64,000 nucleotides of DNA from Tagaea sp. (GCA_965229215.1 OZ245864.1:58640-122639), one strand, 5' to 3'. Shown: positions 37,806 to 47,743, counted from the stretch's first letter. Notes: generated by a model not told the origin, from the sequence alone. Translations and numbers: made by a program.

Positions 37806-39203
37806 CTAGCCCAGCAGGCCCTTGGCTTTCGCGGCGGCGAGCCCGTCGTCCAGCCCCTTGCGGAAGCGCACGAACATCTCGTCGATCTCGCCTTCGGTGA
37901 TGATCAGCGGCGGGCAGACGGCGACGCGGTTGTCGAACAGGCCACGCACCATGAGGCCGGCAGCCTCGCACGCCTTGGCGATGACCGGCGCCACGGCCTG
38001 CGTGGGCGCGAACATCGTCTTCGCCTTCTTGTCCTTGACGAGCTGGATGCCGCCGATGAGGCCCACGCCGATCGCCTCGCCCACCAGCGGATGGTCGGCG
38101 AGCGACTTCATGCCGGCGAGGAAGCGCGGGGCGACGCGCCTTACGTGGCCGACGATGTCGCGCTCCTCGTAGATCTTCAGCGTCTCGACCGCGACGGCCG
38201 CCGGGACGGGGTGGGCGGAATAGGTGTAGCCGTGCCCGAAGCTGCCGATCTTGTCGCTCTGCTTCTGCATGGCCTGGTAGACCGGCTCGGAGATCAGCAC
38301 CGCCGAGATCGGCAGGTAGGCGCCGGACAGCGCCTTGGCGCAGGTGATGATGTCGGGCCGGATGTCGAGGGTCTGCGAGCCCCACATGTTGCCGGTACGC
38401 CCGAAGCCGCAGATCACCTCGTCGGCGACGAGCAGGATGCCGTACTTCTTCAGCACCTTCTGGATCTTCGGGAAATAGCCCGCGGGCGGGATGATGACGC
38501 CGCCCGCACCCATCACCGGCTCGGCGAACATGGCCGAGATCGTCTCGGGGCCCTCGGCGAGGATCAGCTTCTCGAGATTTTCGGCAAGGCGCGTGGAATA
38601 TGAATCCTCGTTCTCGCCCGGCTCGGCGCCGCGGTAATGGTGCGGCGTCTCGGCATAGGCGACGGGGAAGATCGGCAGGTCGAAGTCGCGCTGGTTGATC
38701 GGCAGGCGCGTGAGCGAGGCCGCCGCGATCGTCACGCCGTGATAGGCCTTCTCGCGGCTGATGATCTTCTTGCGCTTGGGCTGGTCGGCGGCGTTCGAGA
38801 TGTACCAGAGGATCTTGATCGCCGTGTCGTTGGCTTCCGATCCCGAGCTGGCGAAGAACACCTTCGACATCGGGACGGGGGCGAGTTCCTTCAGCTTCTC
38901 GGCAAGCACGATGCCCGGCTCGTGCGATTTGCCCGCGAAGATGTGGTAGTAGGGCAGATCGCGCATCTGGCGCTGCGCGGCCTCGGCCAGGCGCGGCTCG
39001 TTGAAGCCCAGCGACGCGCACCACAGCCCGGCCATGCCCTCGATATATTCCTTGCCGCCGTCGTCCGACACGTAGACGCCGCGACCCTTCGCCATCACGA
39101 CCGGCCCGTCGGTCTCGTGCGTGCGCAGGTTCGTGTAGGGATGGACGAGGGCGGCGATGTCGCGTGCGGCGAGCGAGTTGCCGCGGGGTCTCTGGTCGTT
39201 CAT
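37806..39203 (-). CDS. class III (omega) aminotransferase, SpuC / beta-alanine-pyruvate type
   Basis: 465 aa from [15 protein letters not shown]... ...HPYTNL......[23 protein letters not shown] and ...[15 protein letters not shown]... The upstream part of track ORF 37806..39362 is discounted. Confidence 0.8.
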   Translation of the reverse strand: MNDQRPRGNSLAARDIAALVHPYTNLRTHETDGPVVMAKGRGVYVSDDGGKEYIEGMAGLWCASLGFNEPRLAEAAQRQMRDLPYYHIFAGKSHEPGIVLAEKLKELAPVPMSKVFFASSGSEANDTAIKILWYISNAADQPKRKKIISREKAYHGVTIAAASLTRLPINQRDFDLPIFPVAYAETPHHYRGAEPGENEDSYSTRLAENLEKLILAEGPETISAMFAEPVMGAGGVIIPPAGYFPKIQKVLKKYGILLVADEVICGFGRTGNMWGSQTLDIRPDIITCAKALSGAYLPISAVLISEPVYQAMQKQSDKIGSFGHGYTYSAHPVPAAVAVETLKIYEERDIVGHVRRVAPRFLAGMKSLADHPLVGEAIGVGLIGGIQLVKDKKAKTMFAPTQAVAPVIAKACEAAGLMVRGLFDNRVAVCPPLIITEGEIDEMFVRFRKGLDDGLAAAKAKGLLG

Positions 39204-39254
39204 GGGCCGGCTGCTCCTGGTACTTTGCAGTGCATATCGTAACACCGGCGGCGC

Positions 39255-39298
39255 GTTCCCGCGAAGGACGTTCCCGTCCCGTTCCGGTCGGCGGGAAG
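39255..39298. repeat. array of GTTCC(C/G)G heptamers (three direct plus one inverted TTCCCG core), with a further inverted copy at 39383-39389
   Basis: GTTCCCG at 39255 and 39270, GTTCCGG at 39281, CGGGAAG at 39292, CCGGAAC at 39383. All lie in the 197-nt divergent intergenic region. Confidence 0.5.
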
Positions 39299-39400
39299 AA
39301 TTGCATTGATTCAGGGTCGTGACGCTTACCAAGATCGTATGTCGGCATCGCGCCATGTACATCCCGTCCGTCCCCGAATAGCCCGGAACGCCAACAGCCG

Positions 39401-40393
39401 ATGATCGCCTTCGTGATCCGCCGACTCCTCCAGGCCATCCTCGTGATGATGGCCGTCGGCTTCATCGCGTTCTCGCTGTTCGCCTATGTCGGTGATCCGG
39501 TGGCGATCATGCTGGGGCAGGACTTCACCGAGGAATCGCGCCGCCGGCTGATCCACGAGCTCGGCCTCGACCAGCCCTTCTTCGTCCAGTACATGCGCTT
39601 CCTCGCCGGCGCCGCGCAGGGGCAGTTCGGCATCTCGTACCGGCTCGCGCGTCCGGTCGCGCAGCTGCTCCTCGAACGCCTGCCCGCCACGCTGGAGCTG
39701 TCGTTCTGCGCGGCGGCGATCGCACTCTGCGTCGGCGTGCCGATGGGCGTCTATACGGGCCTCAAGCGCGACACCTGGCTCGCGCGGCTGTTCCTCACCG
39801 TCAGCCTCGTGGGCGTGTCGCTGCCGACGTTCCTGATCGGCATCCTGCTCATCCTCGTCTTCTCGGTGCAGCTCGGCTGGCTGCCGTCCTTCGGGCGCGG
39901 GGCGACCGTGGCGCTGGGCTGGTGGTCGACCGGGTTCCTCACGCCCACCGGCCTCAAGGCGCTGATCCTGCCGTCGATCACGCTGGCGCTTTTCCAGATG
40001 ACGCTGATCATGCGCCTCGTGCGCTCGGAGATGCTGGAGGTGCTGCGCACCGATTACATCAAGTTCGCGCGTGCGCGCGGCCTCGCCGACCGCGCGATCA
40101 ATTTCGGCCACGCGCTCAAGAACACGCTCGTGCCCGTCATCACGATCACGGGGCTGCAGCTCGGCGGCATCATCGCCTTTGCCATCGTGACCGAGACGGT
40201 GTTCCAGTGGCCGGGCATGGGATTCCTGTTCATCCAGTCGGTCAGCACGGCCGACGTGCCGGTGATGGCCGCGTATCTGCTGCTGATCGCGTTCCTGTTC
40301 GTGGCGATCAACCTGGTCGTGGACCTCCTCTATTACGCGGTCGATCCGCGCCTGCGCGTGGACCGCGCGGCCGCGGGCGGCCATGGGCATTGA
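39401..40393 (+). CDS. ABC transporter permease (DppB/OppB-like)
   Basis: 330 aa. MIAFVIRRLLQAILVMMAVGFIAFSLFAYVGDP is the canonical N-terminus. Confidence 0.9.
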   Translation: MIAFVIRRLLQAILVMMAVGFIAFSLFAYVGDPVAIMLGQDFTEESRRRLIHELGLDQPFFVQYMRFLAGAAQGQFGISYRLARPVAQLLLERLPATLELSFCAAAIALCVGVPMGVYTGLKRDTWLARLFLTVSLVGVSLPTFLIGILLILVFSVQLGWLPSFGRGATVALGWWSTGFLTPTGLKALILPSITLALFQMTLIMRLVRSEMLEVLRTDYIKFARARGLADRAINFGHALKNTLVPVITITGLQLGGIIAFAIVTETVFQWPGMGFLFIQSVSTADVPVMAAYLLLIAFLFVAINLVVDLLYYAVDPRLRVDRAAAGGHGH

Positions 40394-41312
40394 GGGCGCC
40401 ATGGAAGCGCTGCGCCGCGCCCTCGATTCCGACGTGCTCCACAGCTTCCGGCGCTCGCCGGTCGTCGTCGTGGCGGCGGTCGTCACGCTGGCGTTCTTCG
40501 CCGGCGCGCTCTTCGCCCCCCTGATCGCCCCGCAGGACCCGTTCGACGTGCGCCAGCTCAACCTGATGGAAGCCTCGCTGCCGCCTGCGTGGGTTTCCGG
40601 CGGCGAGGCGCACTTCCCGCTGGGCACAGACACGCAGGGGCGCGACGTGTTCTCCACGATCCTGTTCGGCAGCCGCATCTCGCTGCTGGTGGGCATCCTC
40701 GCCGTCGCGTTCGCGATGGTGCTGGGCATCACGCTCGGCCTCGTCGCCGGCTATTTCGGCGGCACGGTGGATGCCGTGATCATGCGCGTGGCCGACGTGC
40801 AGCTTTCCTTCCCCGCGATCCTGATCGCGCTGCTGATCGACGGGGTGGCGCGCATCGTCATCCCGCGCGAGCTGCATCACGACATCGCGGTCTACGTGCT
40901 GATCCTCGCCATCGGCTTCTCGGGCTGGGTGCAGTATGCGCGCACGGTGCGCGGCTCGTGCATGGTCGAGAAGGGCAAGGAATACGTGCAGGCCGCGCGC
41001 GTGATCGGCCGCCATCCGGTGGCGATCATGCTGCACCATGTGCTGCCCAACGTGCTCGGCCCGGTGCTGGTGATCGCCACGATCCATCTGGCCCTCGCGA
41101 TCATCACGGAGGCGACGCTGTCGTTCCTGGGCGTGGGCCTGCCGCCGACGCAGCCGTCGCTGGGCACGCTGATCCAGATCGGCAACAACTTCCTGTTCTC
41201 CGGCGAATGGTGGATCACGGTCTTTCCGGGGCTCGCCCTCGTGCTGATGGTGCTGGCGGTGAACCTGCTGGGCGACTGGCTGCGCGATGCGCTCAACCCG
41301 AGGCTCCGCTAG
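40383..41312 (+). CDS. ABC transporter permease (DppC/OppC-like)
   Basis: 309 aa. ...PLGTDTQGRDVFSTILFGSRISL... motif. 11-nt overlap with the preceding gene. Confidence 0.88.
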   Translation: MGIEGAMEALRRALDSDVLHSFRRSPVVVVAAVVTLAFFAGALFAPLIAPQDPFDVRQLNLMEASLPPAWVSGGEAHFPLGTDTQGRDVFSTILFGSRISLLVGILAVAFAMVLGITLGLVAGYFGGTVDAVIMRVADVQLSFPAILIALLIDGVARIVIPRELHHDIAVYVLILAIGFSGWVQYARTVRGSCMVEKGKEYVQAARVIGRHPVAIMLHHVLPNVLGPVLVIATIHLALAIITEATLSFLGVGLPPTQPSLGTLIQIGNNFLFSGEWWITVFPGLALVLMVLAVNLLGDWLRDALNPRLR

Positions 41313-41314
41313 CC

Positions 41315-42304
41315 ATGACGGGCAAGCCGCTCCTCGAGGTCCGCAACCTGCGCGTCGAGTTCCCGACGCGCCGCGGCACGCTGGTCGCGGTCGATGACGT
41401 GTCGTTTTCCATAGCACCGGGCGAGGTGCTGGGCGTGGTGGGCGAGTCCGGGGCGGGCAAGTCGATGACCGGGGCCGCGATCATCGGTCTCATCGACCCG
41501 CCGGGGCGCATTGCGGGCGGGCAGATCCTGCTCGACGGCCAGCGCATCGACGACCTGCCCTACGACCTGATGCGCCATGTGCGCGGCCGCCAGATCGGCG
41601 CGGTCTTCCAGGACCCGCTCACCTCGCTCAACCCGCTCTACACGATCGGCCGGCAGCTGACCGAGACGATCCTCACGCATCTCGACCTTTCACCGAAGGC
41701 CGCGCGCGAGCGCGCCATCCAGCTCCTCCAGGATGTCGGCATCCCGGCGGCCGAGCGGCGCATCGACCATTACCCGCACCAGTTCTCCGGCGGCATGCGC
41801 CAGCGCGTCGTGATCGCGCTGGCGCTGTGCGCCAATCCGCGCCTGATCGTGGCCGACGAGCCGACGACGGCGCTGGACGTCTCGATCCAGGCGCAGATCA
41901 TCACGCTGATCAAGCGGCTGTGCCGCGAGCACGGCACGGCCGTGATGCTGGTGACGCACGACATGGGCGTGATCGCCGAGACGGCCGATCGCGTGGCGGT
42001 GATGTACGCCGGGCGCGTCGCCGAGATCGGGCCGGTGCGCGACGTGATCAAGCGCGCACGCCATCCCTATACCGAAGGGCTGATGGGCTCGATCCCCAAG
42101 CTGAGTGCGGCCACCGGGCGCCTCGCGCAGATCGACGGCGCCATGCCGCGCCTGTCGGCGATCCCCGAGGGCTGCGCCTTCAATCCGCGCTGCGCCAAGG
42201 CGTTCGACCGCTGCCGCATCGAGCGGCCGGAGCCGATCGACGTCGCCGAGAGCAAGGTCGCGTGCTGGCTCTACGGCGAGTCCGGAAAGGCGGCTGCAGA
42301 ATGA
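41315..42304 (+). CDS. ABC transporter ATP-binding protein (DppD/OppD-like)
   Basis: ATG at 41315 (MTGKPLLEVRNLRVEF...). GESGAGKS, FSGGMRQR, C-terminal CAFNPRC. Confidence 0.88.
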   Translation: MTGKPLLEVRNLRVEFPTRRGTLVAVDDVSFSIAPGEVLGVVGESGAGKSMTGAAIIGLIDPPGRIAGGQILLDGQRIDDLPYDLMRHVRGRQIGAVFQDPLTSLNPLYTIGRQLTETILTHLDLSPKAARERAIQLLQDVGIPAAERRIDHYPHQFSGGMRQRVVIALALCANPRLIVADEPTTALDVSIQAQIITLIKRLCREHGTAVMLVTHDMGVIAETADRVAVMYAGRVAEIGPVRDVIKRARHPYTEGLMGSIPKLSAATGRLAQIDGAMPRLSAIPEGCAFNPRCAKAFDRCRIERPEPIDVAESKVACWLYGESGKAAAE

Positions 42305-43302
42305 GCGCCGCCCCGCTCGTCGCCGCGAAGGGTCTCGCGCGTTACTTCGACGTGTCGAAGCCGCTGCTCAACCGGCTGATCGAAGGCCAGCCGATGCAGG
42401 TGCTGCGCGCGGTCGACGGCATCGATTTCGAGATCCGCAAGGGCGAGACGCTGTCGCTGGTGGGCGAGTCCGGCTGCGGCAAGTCGACCGTGGCGCGGCT
42501 CGTCGTGGGGCTCTACCGGCCGACGAAGGGCTCCATCGTCTTCGACGGCACCGACATCGCGGGCCTCGACACGCGCGCGGAGACCGAGCGCGTGCGCCGG
42601 CGCTTCCAGATGATTTTCCAGGACCCCTACGCCTCGCTCAATCCACGCTGGCGCGTGGCGCGCATCGTGGCCGAGCCCATCGTCGTGCACGGGCTGATGT
42701 CCGATCCGGCCTCGATCGGCAGGCGCGTGGACGAGCTGCTGCGCCAGGTCGGCCTTTCGTCCGCCGACGGCGAGAAGTATCCGCACGAATTCTCCGGTGG
42801 CCAGCGCCAGCGCATCTCGATCGCGCGTGCGCTTTCCTCCAACCCCGAGTTCCTCGTCTGCGACGAACCCACTTCGGCGCTCGACGTGTCGGTGCAGGCG
42901 CAGATCCTGAACCTGATGAAGGACCTGCAGCGCCAGCTCGGGCTCACCTACCTGTTCATCAGCCACAATCTCGCGGTCGTCCATTACATCTCGGACCGCG
43001 TGGGGGTCATGTATCTGGGCAAGCTCGTCGAGGTGGGCGAGGCGAAGACGATCTTCGGGACGCCGCTGCATCCCTATACGCGCATGCTGCTCGACGCGAT
43101 CCCCGATCTCGACATGTCGGGTCGGCCGCGCACGCCGGTGGCGGGCGAGGTGCCCAACCCCATCGATCCGCCGCCGGGCTGCACGTTCCATCCGCGCTGC
43201 CCGCACGCCGACGAGCGCTGCCGCACGCAGGTGCCCGTCGCGCGCATCGCGTCCACGGGGGCGACGGTCGCGTGCCATGCGGTGGAAGAGGGGCGGATCT
43301 AG
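42301..43302 (+). CDS. ABC transporter ATP-binding protein (DppF/OppF-like)
   Basis: ATG at 42301 overlaps the preceding stop (ATGA). [18 protein letters not shown]-terminal CTFHPRCP. Confidence 0.88.
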   Translation: MSAAPLVAAKGLARYFDVSKPLLNRLIEGQPMQVLRAVDGIDFEIRKGETLSLVGESGCGKSTVARLVVGLYRPTKGSIVFDGTDIAGLDTRAETERVRRRFQMIFQDPYASLNPRWRVARIVAEPIVVHGLMSDPASIGRRVDELLRQVGLSSADGEKYPHEFSGGQRQRISIARALSSNPEFLVCDEPTSALDVSVQAQILNLMKDLQRQLGLTYLFISHNLAVVHYISDRVGVMYLGKLVEVGEAKTIFGTPLHPYTRMLLDAIPDLDMSGRPRTPVAGEVPNPIDPPPGCTFHPRCPHADERCRTQVPVARIASTGATVACHAVEEGRI

Positions 43303-44504
43303 AGCGGCTTGCTGGGATAGCCCGCGGCGATCAGGTCGGCGACGAGGCGTTCGCCCGCGTCGCGGTCCACGACCTCGACCATCGTCTCGATCACCACGCT
43401 CTTGGCCGAGCGGTCGGTGAAGATGCGCTGGTGCTCGATCTCGACGATGTTTCCGCCCGAGCTGCCGATGCGGAGTGCCAGGTCGCCGAGCGCGCCGGGC
43501 TTGTCGGCGATGTCGATGGAAAGGCGCAGCAGCCGCCCGTCGCGCGCGAGGCCGCGCAGCAGCACGCTGGAGAGCACGCGCGTGTCGATGTTGCCGCCGC
43601 ACAGCACGAGGCCGATCTTGCGCCCGCGGAACCGGTCGGGATGCGCCAGCACGGCCGCGAGACCGGCAGCACCCGCACCCTCGGCGACCGTCTTCTCGAT
43701 TTCGATCAGCAGCACGATGGCGCGCTCGACTTCCAGCTCGTCGACGACCAGCACCTCGCGCACGTCGCGCTCGATGATGGGCCAGCACAGCCTGCCGATG
43801 TCGGCGACGGCGATGCCCTCGGCGATCGTCGGCCCGCCGGTGTGGACATGCTTGCCCGCCTTGCGCTGGGCGGCCGCCGAGAACGCCTCGACCTCCACGC
43901 CGAAGACGTCGATGCGCGGATTGACCGCGCGCGCGGCGATCGTGCAGCCCGCGATCATGCCGCCGCCGCCCACCGGGATCACCAGCGCGTCGAGTTCCGG
44001 CACGTCGGCGAGCATCTCCTGGGCCAGCGTGCCCTGGCCTGCGATGATCGCCGGATCGTCGTAGGGATGGACGAAGACGAGGCTTTCCTTCTCGGCCAGC
44101 GCGCGCGCGAACGACGCGGCCTCGGCCAGCGTGTCGCCCTCGAGGATGACGCGCGCATTGTGGTCGCGCGTGCGCGCCACCTTGGAATTGGGCGTGGCCT
44201 TCGGCATCACGATGGTGGCGGCAATGCCCAGCCGGCTCGCGTGGTACGCCACCGCCTGCGCGTGGTTGCCCGCCGACATCGCGATGACGCCGCGCCTGCG
44301 TTCGCTCTCGTCGAGCTGGGCAAGCTTGTTGAGCGCGCCGCGCTCCTTGAACGAGGCGACGTACTGGTGGTTCTCGAACTTGATCCAGACGTCGGCGCCC
44401 GCGATCTGGGACAGCGTGCCCGAGCGCAGCGTGGGCGTGCGCAGGACGCTGCCCTCGATGCGCTTGGCCGCCTCGTCGATGTCGCGTGCGGTGATGGTCG
44501 TCAT
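43299..44504 (-). CDS. ilvA: threonine ammonia-lyase (short form with one ACT-like regulatory domain)
   Basis: 401 aa from MTTITARDIDEAAKRI... PLP-lysine motif SFKERGA and a GGGGMIAG loop. The start overlaps the manC stop (ATGA). The 3' end overlaps the convergent ABC gene by 4 nt. Confidence 0.8.
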   Translation of the reverse strand: MTTITARDIDEAAKRIEGSVLRTPTLRSGTLSQIAGADVWIKFENHQYVASFKERGALNKLAQLDESERRRGVIAMSAGNHAQAVAYHASRLGIAATIVMPKATPNSKVARTRDHNARVILEGDTLAEAASFARALAEKESLVFVHPYDDPAIIAGQGTLAQEMLADVPELDALVIPVGGGGMIAGCTIAARAVNPRIDVFGVEVEAFSAAAQRKAGKHVHTGGPTIAEGIAVADIGRLCWPIIERDVREVLVVDELEVERAIVLLIEIEKTVAEGAGAAGLAAVLAHPDRFRGRKIGLVLCGGNIDTRVLSSVLLRGLARDGRLLRLSIDIADKPGALGDLALRIGSSGGNIVEIEHQRIFTDRSAKSVVIETMVEVVDRDAGERLVADLIAAGYPSKPL

Positions 44505-45928
44505 TTGCGGCCGTAGCTGTCTTCGAGCCGCACGATGTCGTCCTCGCCCAGATAGCTGCCCGACTGCACCTCGACGATGCGCAGCGGCTCGGTGCCGATG
44601 TTCTCGAGCCGATGCACGCAGCCGACGGGGATATAGACCGACATGTTCTCGCGCAGCAGCAGCACGTCCTCGTCGCGCGTCACGCGCGCGGTGCCGCTGA
44701 CGACGACCCAGTGCTCGGCGCGCTGGGCGTGCTTCTGCAGCGAGATCTTGGCACCCGGCTTCACCATGATGTGCTTGACCTGATGGCGTGGCCCGAGGTC
44801 GATCGTCTGGTAGGTGCCCCAGGGACGGTAGACGACGGGGTGTGCTGTGGCTTCGCTGCGGCCGTCGGCCTTCAGCCGGTCGACGATCTTCTTCACGTCC
44901 TGCGCGCGGTCCTTGTCGGCGACCATGACGACGTCCTTGGTGGCGACGACGACGAGGTTGTCCACGCCCACGGCTGCCAGAAGCCGGTCCTCGCTGCGCA
45001 GGTACGAGTTCGTCGTGCCGGTGGCGATGACGTCGCCCAGCGTGACGTTGCCGTCGGCGTCTCGCGTGCCGATCTCCCACAGCGCGTTCCAGGCACCCAC
45101 GTCCGACCAGCCGAGGCGGGCGGGCACCACGGCCGATTTCTTCGTGCGCTCCATGACCGCATAGTCGATGGATTTCGACGGCGCCCTGGCGAAGGCTTCC
45201 CTGTCGAGGCGCACGAAGTCGAGATCGCGCGCGGCGGCCGCCAGCGCCGCCGCCGCCGCATCGGCGATGGCAGGCTCGAACGCCCGCAGCTCGTCGAGGA
45301 ACCTACCTGCGGCGAACAGGAACATGCCGGAGTTCCACGCCCAGTCGCCGGCCGCGAGATAGCCCTCGGCCGTCTTCAGGTCCGGCTTCTCGACGAAGCG
45401 GTCGACGGCGAAGGCCCCGTCCACGCCGGCGAGTGCGGCACCGCGCTTGATGTAGCCGTAGCCCGTCTCGGGCGCTTCGGGCGCGATGCCGAACGTGACA
45501 AGGCGTCCGGCCGCGACGGCGCGCCGCGCGGTCGCCACGGCGTCGGCGAAGGCGGCCTGGTCGCGCACGACGTGATCGGAGGGGAGGAGCATCATCGTCT
45601 CGCCCGGATCGAGCAGGCTGGCGGCGGCGGCGGCGGCGGCGGCCGTGTTGCGGCCCACGGGTTCCAGCAGCATCGCGCGCGGGTTGACGCCGATGGCGCG
45701 CAGCTGCTCGGCGATGATGAAGCGGTGTTCCTCGTTGCACACGACGATGGGTGCGCCGAAGGGATCGCCCGTCGCGCGCGCGGCGGTCTCCTGGATCATC
45801 GTGCGCGGGCCGGCGAGCGCCAGGAGCTGTTTGGGATACAGCTCGCGCGACAGCGGCCAGAGCCGCGTGCCCGCACCGCCCGAAAGGATCACCGGAACGA
45901 CCTGTCCCGAACCCGCCGCCATCGTCAT
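44501..45928 (-). CDS. manC: mannose-1-phosphate guanylyltransferase / mannose-6-phosphate isomerase (type II PMI-GMP)
   Basis: 475 aa. VILSGGAGTRLWPLSR nucleotidyltransferase N-terminus and a C-terminal cupin (...HRLEN.G...L..IEVQ.G.YLGEDDIVR.ED.YGR). Confidence 0.88.
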   Translation of the reverse strand: MTMAAGSGQVVPVILSGGAGTRLWPLSRELYPKQLLALAGPRTMIQETAARATGDPFGAPIVVCNEEHRFIIAEQLRAIGVNPRAMLLEPVGRNTAAAAAAAASLLDPGETMMLLPSDHVVRDQAAFADAVATARRAVAAGRLVTFGIAPEAPETGYGYIKRGAALAGVDGAFAVDRFVEKPDLKTAEGYLAAGDWAWNSGMFLFAAGRFLDELRAFEPAIADAAAAALAAAARDLDFVRLDREAFARAPSKSIDYAVMERTKKSAVVPARLGWSDVGAWNALWEIGTRDADGNVTLGDVIATGTTNSYLRSEDRLLAAVGVDNLVVVATKDVVMVADKDRAQDVKKIVDRLKADGRSEATAHPVVYRPWGTYQTIDLGPRHQVKHIMVKPGAKISLQKHAQRAEHWVVVSGTARVTRDEDVLLLRENMSVYIPVGCVHRLENIGTEPLRIVEVQSGSYLGEDDIVRLEDSYGRK

Positions 45929-45990
45929 TGCTCCTGCAATCTCAGGCTCTTGCTAGCCCATTCCCGCGTCCGGCGCCAGCCCGCGCCGGA

Positions 45991-46004
45991 TTGACCTAGA
46001 TCAG
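45991..46004. promoter_or_regulatory. FNR/FixK-type anaerobox candidate TTGAC-CTAG-ATCAG
   Basis: 9 of 10 matches to TTGA(C/T)-N4-(A/G)TCAA. Centred about 64 nt upstream of the USP ATG (46062), in the divergent manC/usp region. Confidence 0.35.
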
Positions 46005-46061
46005 CGACGGCGGCGGCCGTGCGGCGCAGGCTGCCAAGGTCGCCAACCGAAGGAGAACGAC

Positions 46062-46910
46062 ATGACCGCTCCCCCCATTCCCCCGCGCGCCGCCGACGGT
46101 CTGCGCGACATCGTCGTCCATGCCGACGACACGCAGGCCGGCACGGCGCGGCTGGCCTTCGCGGCCCGTCTGGCGCGGTCATGGGACGCGCACCTGGTCG
46201 CCGTCCATGTCCAGCCTTCCTCCCAGCTGCCGAGCCGGATCACGGCGCGGGTGGGCGAGCAGGTCATGGAGATCCTGCGCGCGCAGATGGCGGAGACGAC
46301 CGCGCGGGTCGCGCAGAAGATCGCGACCGTCGGCCGCGCCGAAGGCCTGACGGTCGAGTACCGGTTCGTCGAGGGCATTCCCGACGAGCGGCTCATCGCG
46401 CATGCGCGCCACGGCGACCTGACGGTCGTCGGCCAGCCGGACAACGAGGCCGAGGGCGCCGACATCGTCGAGGCGCTGCTGTTCGGCTCCGGCCGGCCGC
46501 TGCTGATCGTGCCGAAGGTCGGGACCTATACGTCCGAGTTCAAGCACGTGCTGGTCGCATGGAACGCCACCCGCGAGGCCGCGCGCGCGGTCGGCGACGC
46601 GCTGCCGGTCCTGCGCCGCGCCGCGAAGGTGACGGTCCTCAGCGCCGATCCGCAGGGCACGGCGCACCGCATCCCCGGCGCCGACATCGCGGCGCATCTC
46701 GCCCGCCACGGCATCGCCGCGACGGCGAGCGCCACCTTCGCGGGCGATCTCGCGGTCGGCGACGCGCTGCTGAACCGCGCGGCCGATCTCGGGGCCGACC
46801 TGCTGGTGATGGGCGGCTACGGCCGCAGCCGCACGCGCGAGGCGATCTTCGGCGGCGCGACGCGCCACATCCTCGACCACATGACGCTGCCGGTGTTCAT
46901 GTCGCATTAG
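46062..46910 (+). CDS. universal stress protein, tandem USP domains
   Basis: 282 aa. Two USP-like halves, the second ending ...ADLLVMGGYGRSRTREAIFGGATRHIL... AAGGAG SD. Confidence 0.8.
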   Translation: MTAPPIPPRAADGLRDIVVHADDTQAGTARLAFAARLARSWDAHLVAVHVQPSSQLPSRITARVGEQVMEILRAQMAETTARVAQKIATVGRAEGLTVEYRFVEGIPDERLIAHARHGDLTVVGQPDNEAEGADIVEALLFGSGRPLLIVPKVGTYTSEFKHVLVAWNATREAARAVGDALPVLRRAAKVTVLSADPQGTAHRIPGADIAAHLARHGIAATASATFAGDLAVGDALLNRAADLGADLLVMGGYGRSRTREAIFGGATRHILDHMTLPVFMSH

Positions 46911-47743
46911 CGGCGCGGGTCGAGCCGGTCCTGGAGATCGTCGGCCACGAGGTTGATCGCGGCGACGGTGAGCAGGATCGCGAGGCCCGGCCACAAGGCG
47001 AGCCACGGCGCCTGCCAGATCGTCTCCTGCGCGCCGGTCAGCATGTTGCCCCAGCTCGGCAGCGGCGGCTGGATGCCGAGGCCGAGGAAGGACAGCACGC
47101 TCTCGAACAGGATCGTGCCGCCGACGGCAAGCGCCGTCGCCACGAGGATGGGTGCGGCGCAATTGGGCAGGATGTGCGCGAACACGATGCGCGCGGGGCT
47201 CGCCCCCAGTGCACGCGCCGCGCGCACGAAGTCGCGCCCGCTGAGGGAAAGCGTGGCCGCGCGCACGAGCCGCGCGACCTTGGGCCAGCCGAATGCCGCG
47301 ACGATGGCGACGATGCGCCACAGGCCCGCCGCATCCGCGCCCGGCAGGCCGAGCTTGGCGGGATCGACGGCCGCGAGCACGATCAGCACCGGCAGCACGG
47401 GCAGCGACAGCACGGCGTCGGTCGCGCGCATCAGCAGCGCGTCGACGCGCCCGCCCGCATAGCCCGCGACGAGCCCGATCAGCGTGCCCGCGCTCGCGGC
47501 CGCGAGTGCGGCGGCGATGCCCACCGTCAGCGACACGCGCGCGCCGTACGCAAGGCGCATGGCGACGTCGCGGCCCAGCTCGTCGGTGCCCAGCGGATGC
47601 GCGAGGCTGGGCGGGGCATAGCGCAGAAGCAGGTCCACCGAAGCCGGATCGTGGCCGATCAGCACGGCAAGCTGCGGCGCGAACAGCGCGGCGATCAGGG
47701 CCGGACCCAGCACGCAGAGCGCGAAGACGAGGCGCGGCCTCAC
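46907..47743 (-). CDS. ABC transporter permease (DppC/OppC-like)
   Basis: GTG at 47743 (VRPRLVFALCVLGPALIAALFAP...) overlaps the upstream stop (GTGA). ...[23 protein letters not shown]... The rest of track ORF 46907..48919 is read-through. Confidence 0.85.
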   Translation of the reverse strand: MRPRLVFALCVLGPALIAALFAPQLAVLIGHDPASVDLLLRYAPPSLAHPLGTDELGRDVAMRLAYGARVSLTVGIAAALAAASAGTLIGLVAGYAGGRVDALLMRATDAVLSLPVLPVLIVLAAVDPAKLGLPGADAAGLWRIVAIVAAFGWPKVARLVRAATLSLSGRDFVRAARALGASPARIVFAHILPNCAAPILVATALAVGGTILFESVLSFLGLGIQPPLPSWGNMLTGAQETIWQAPWLALWPGLAILLTVAAINLVADDLQDRLDPRR

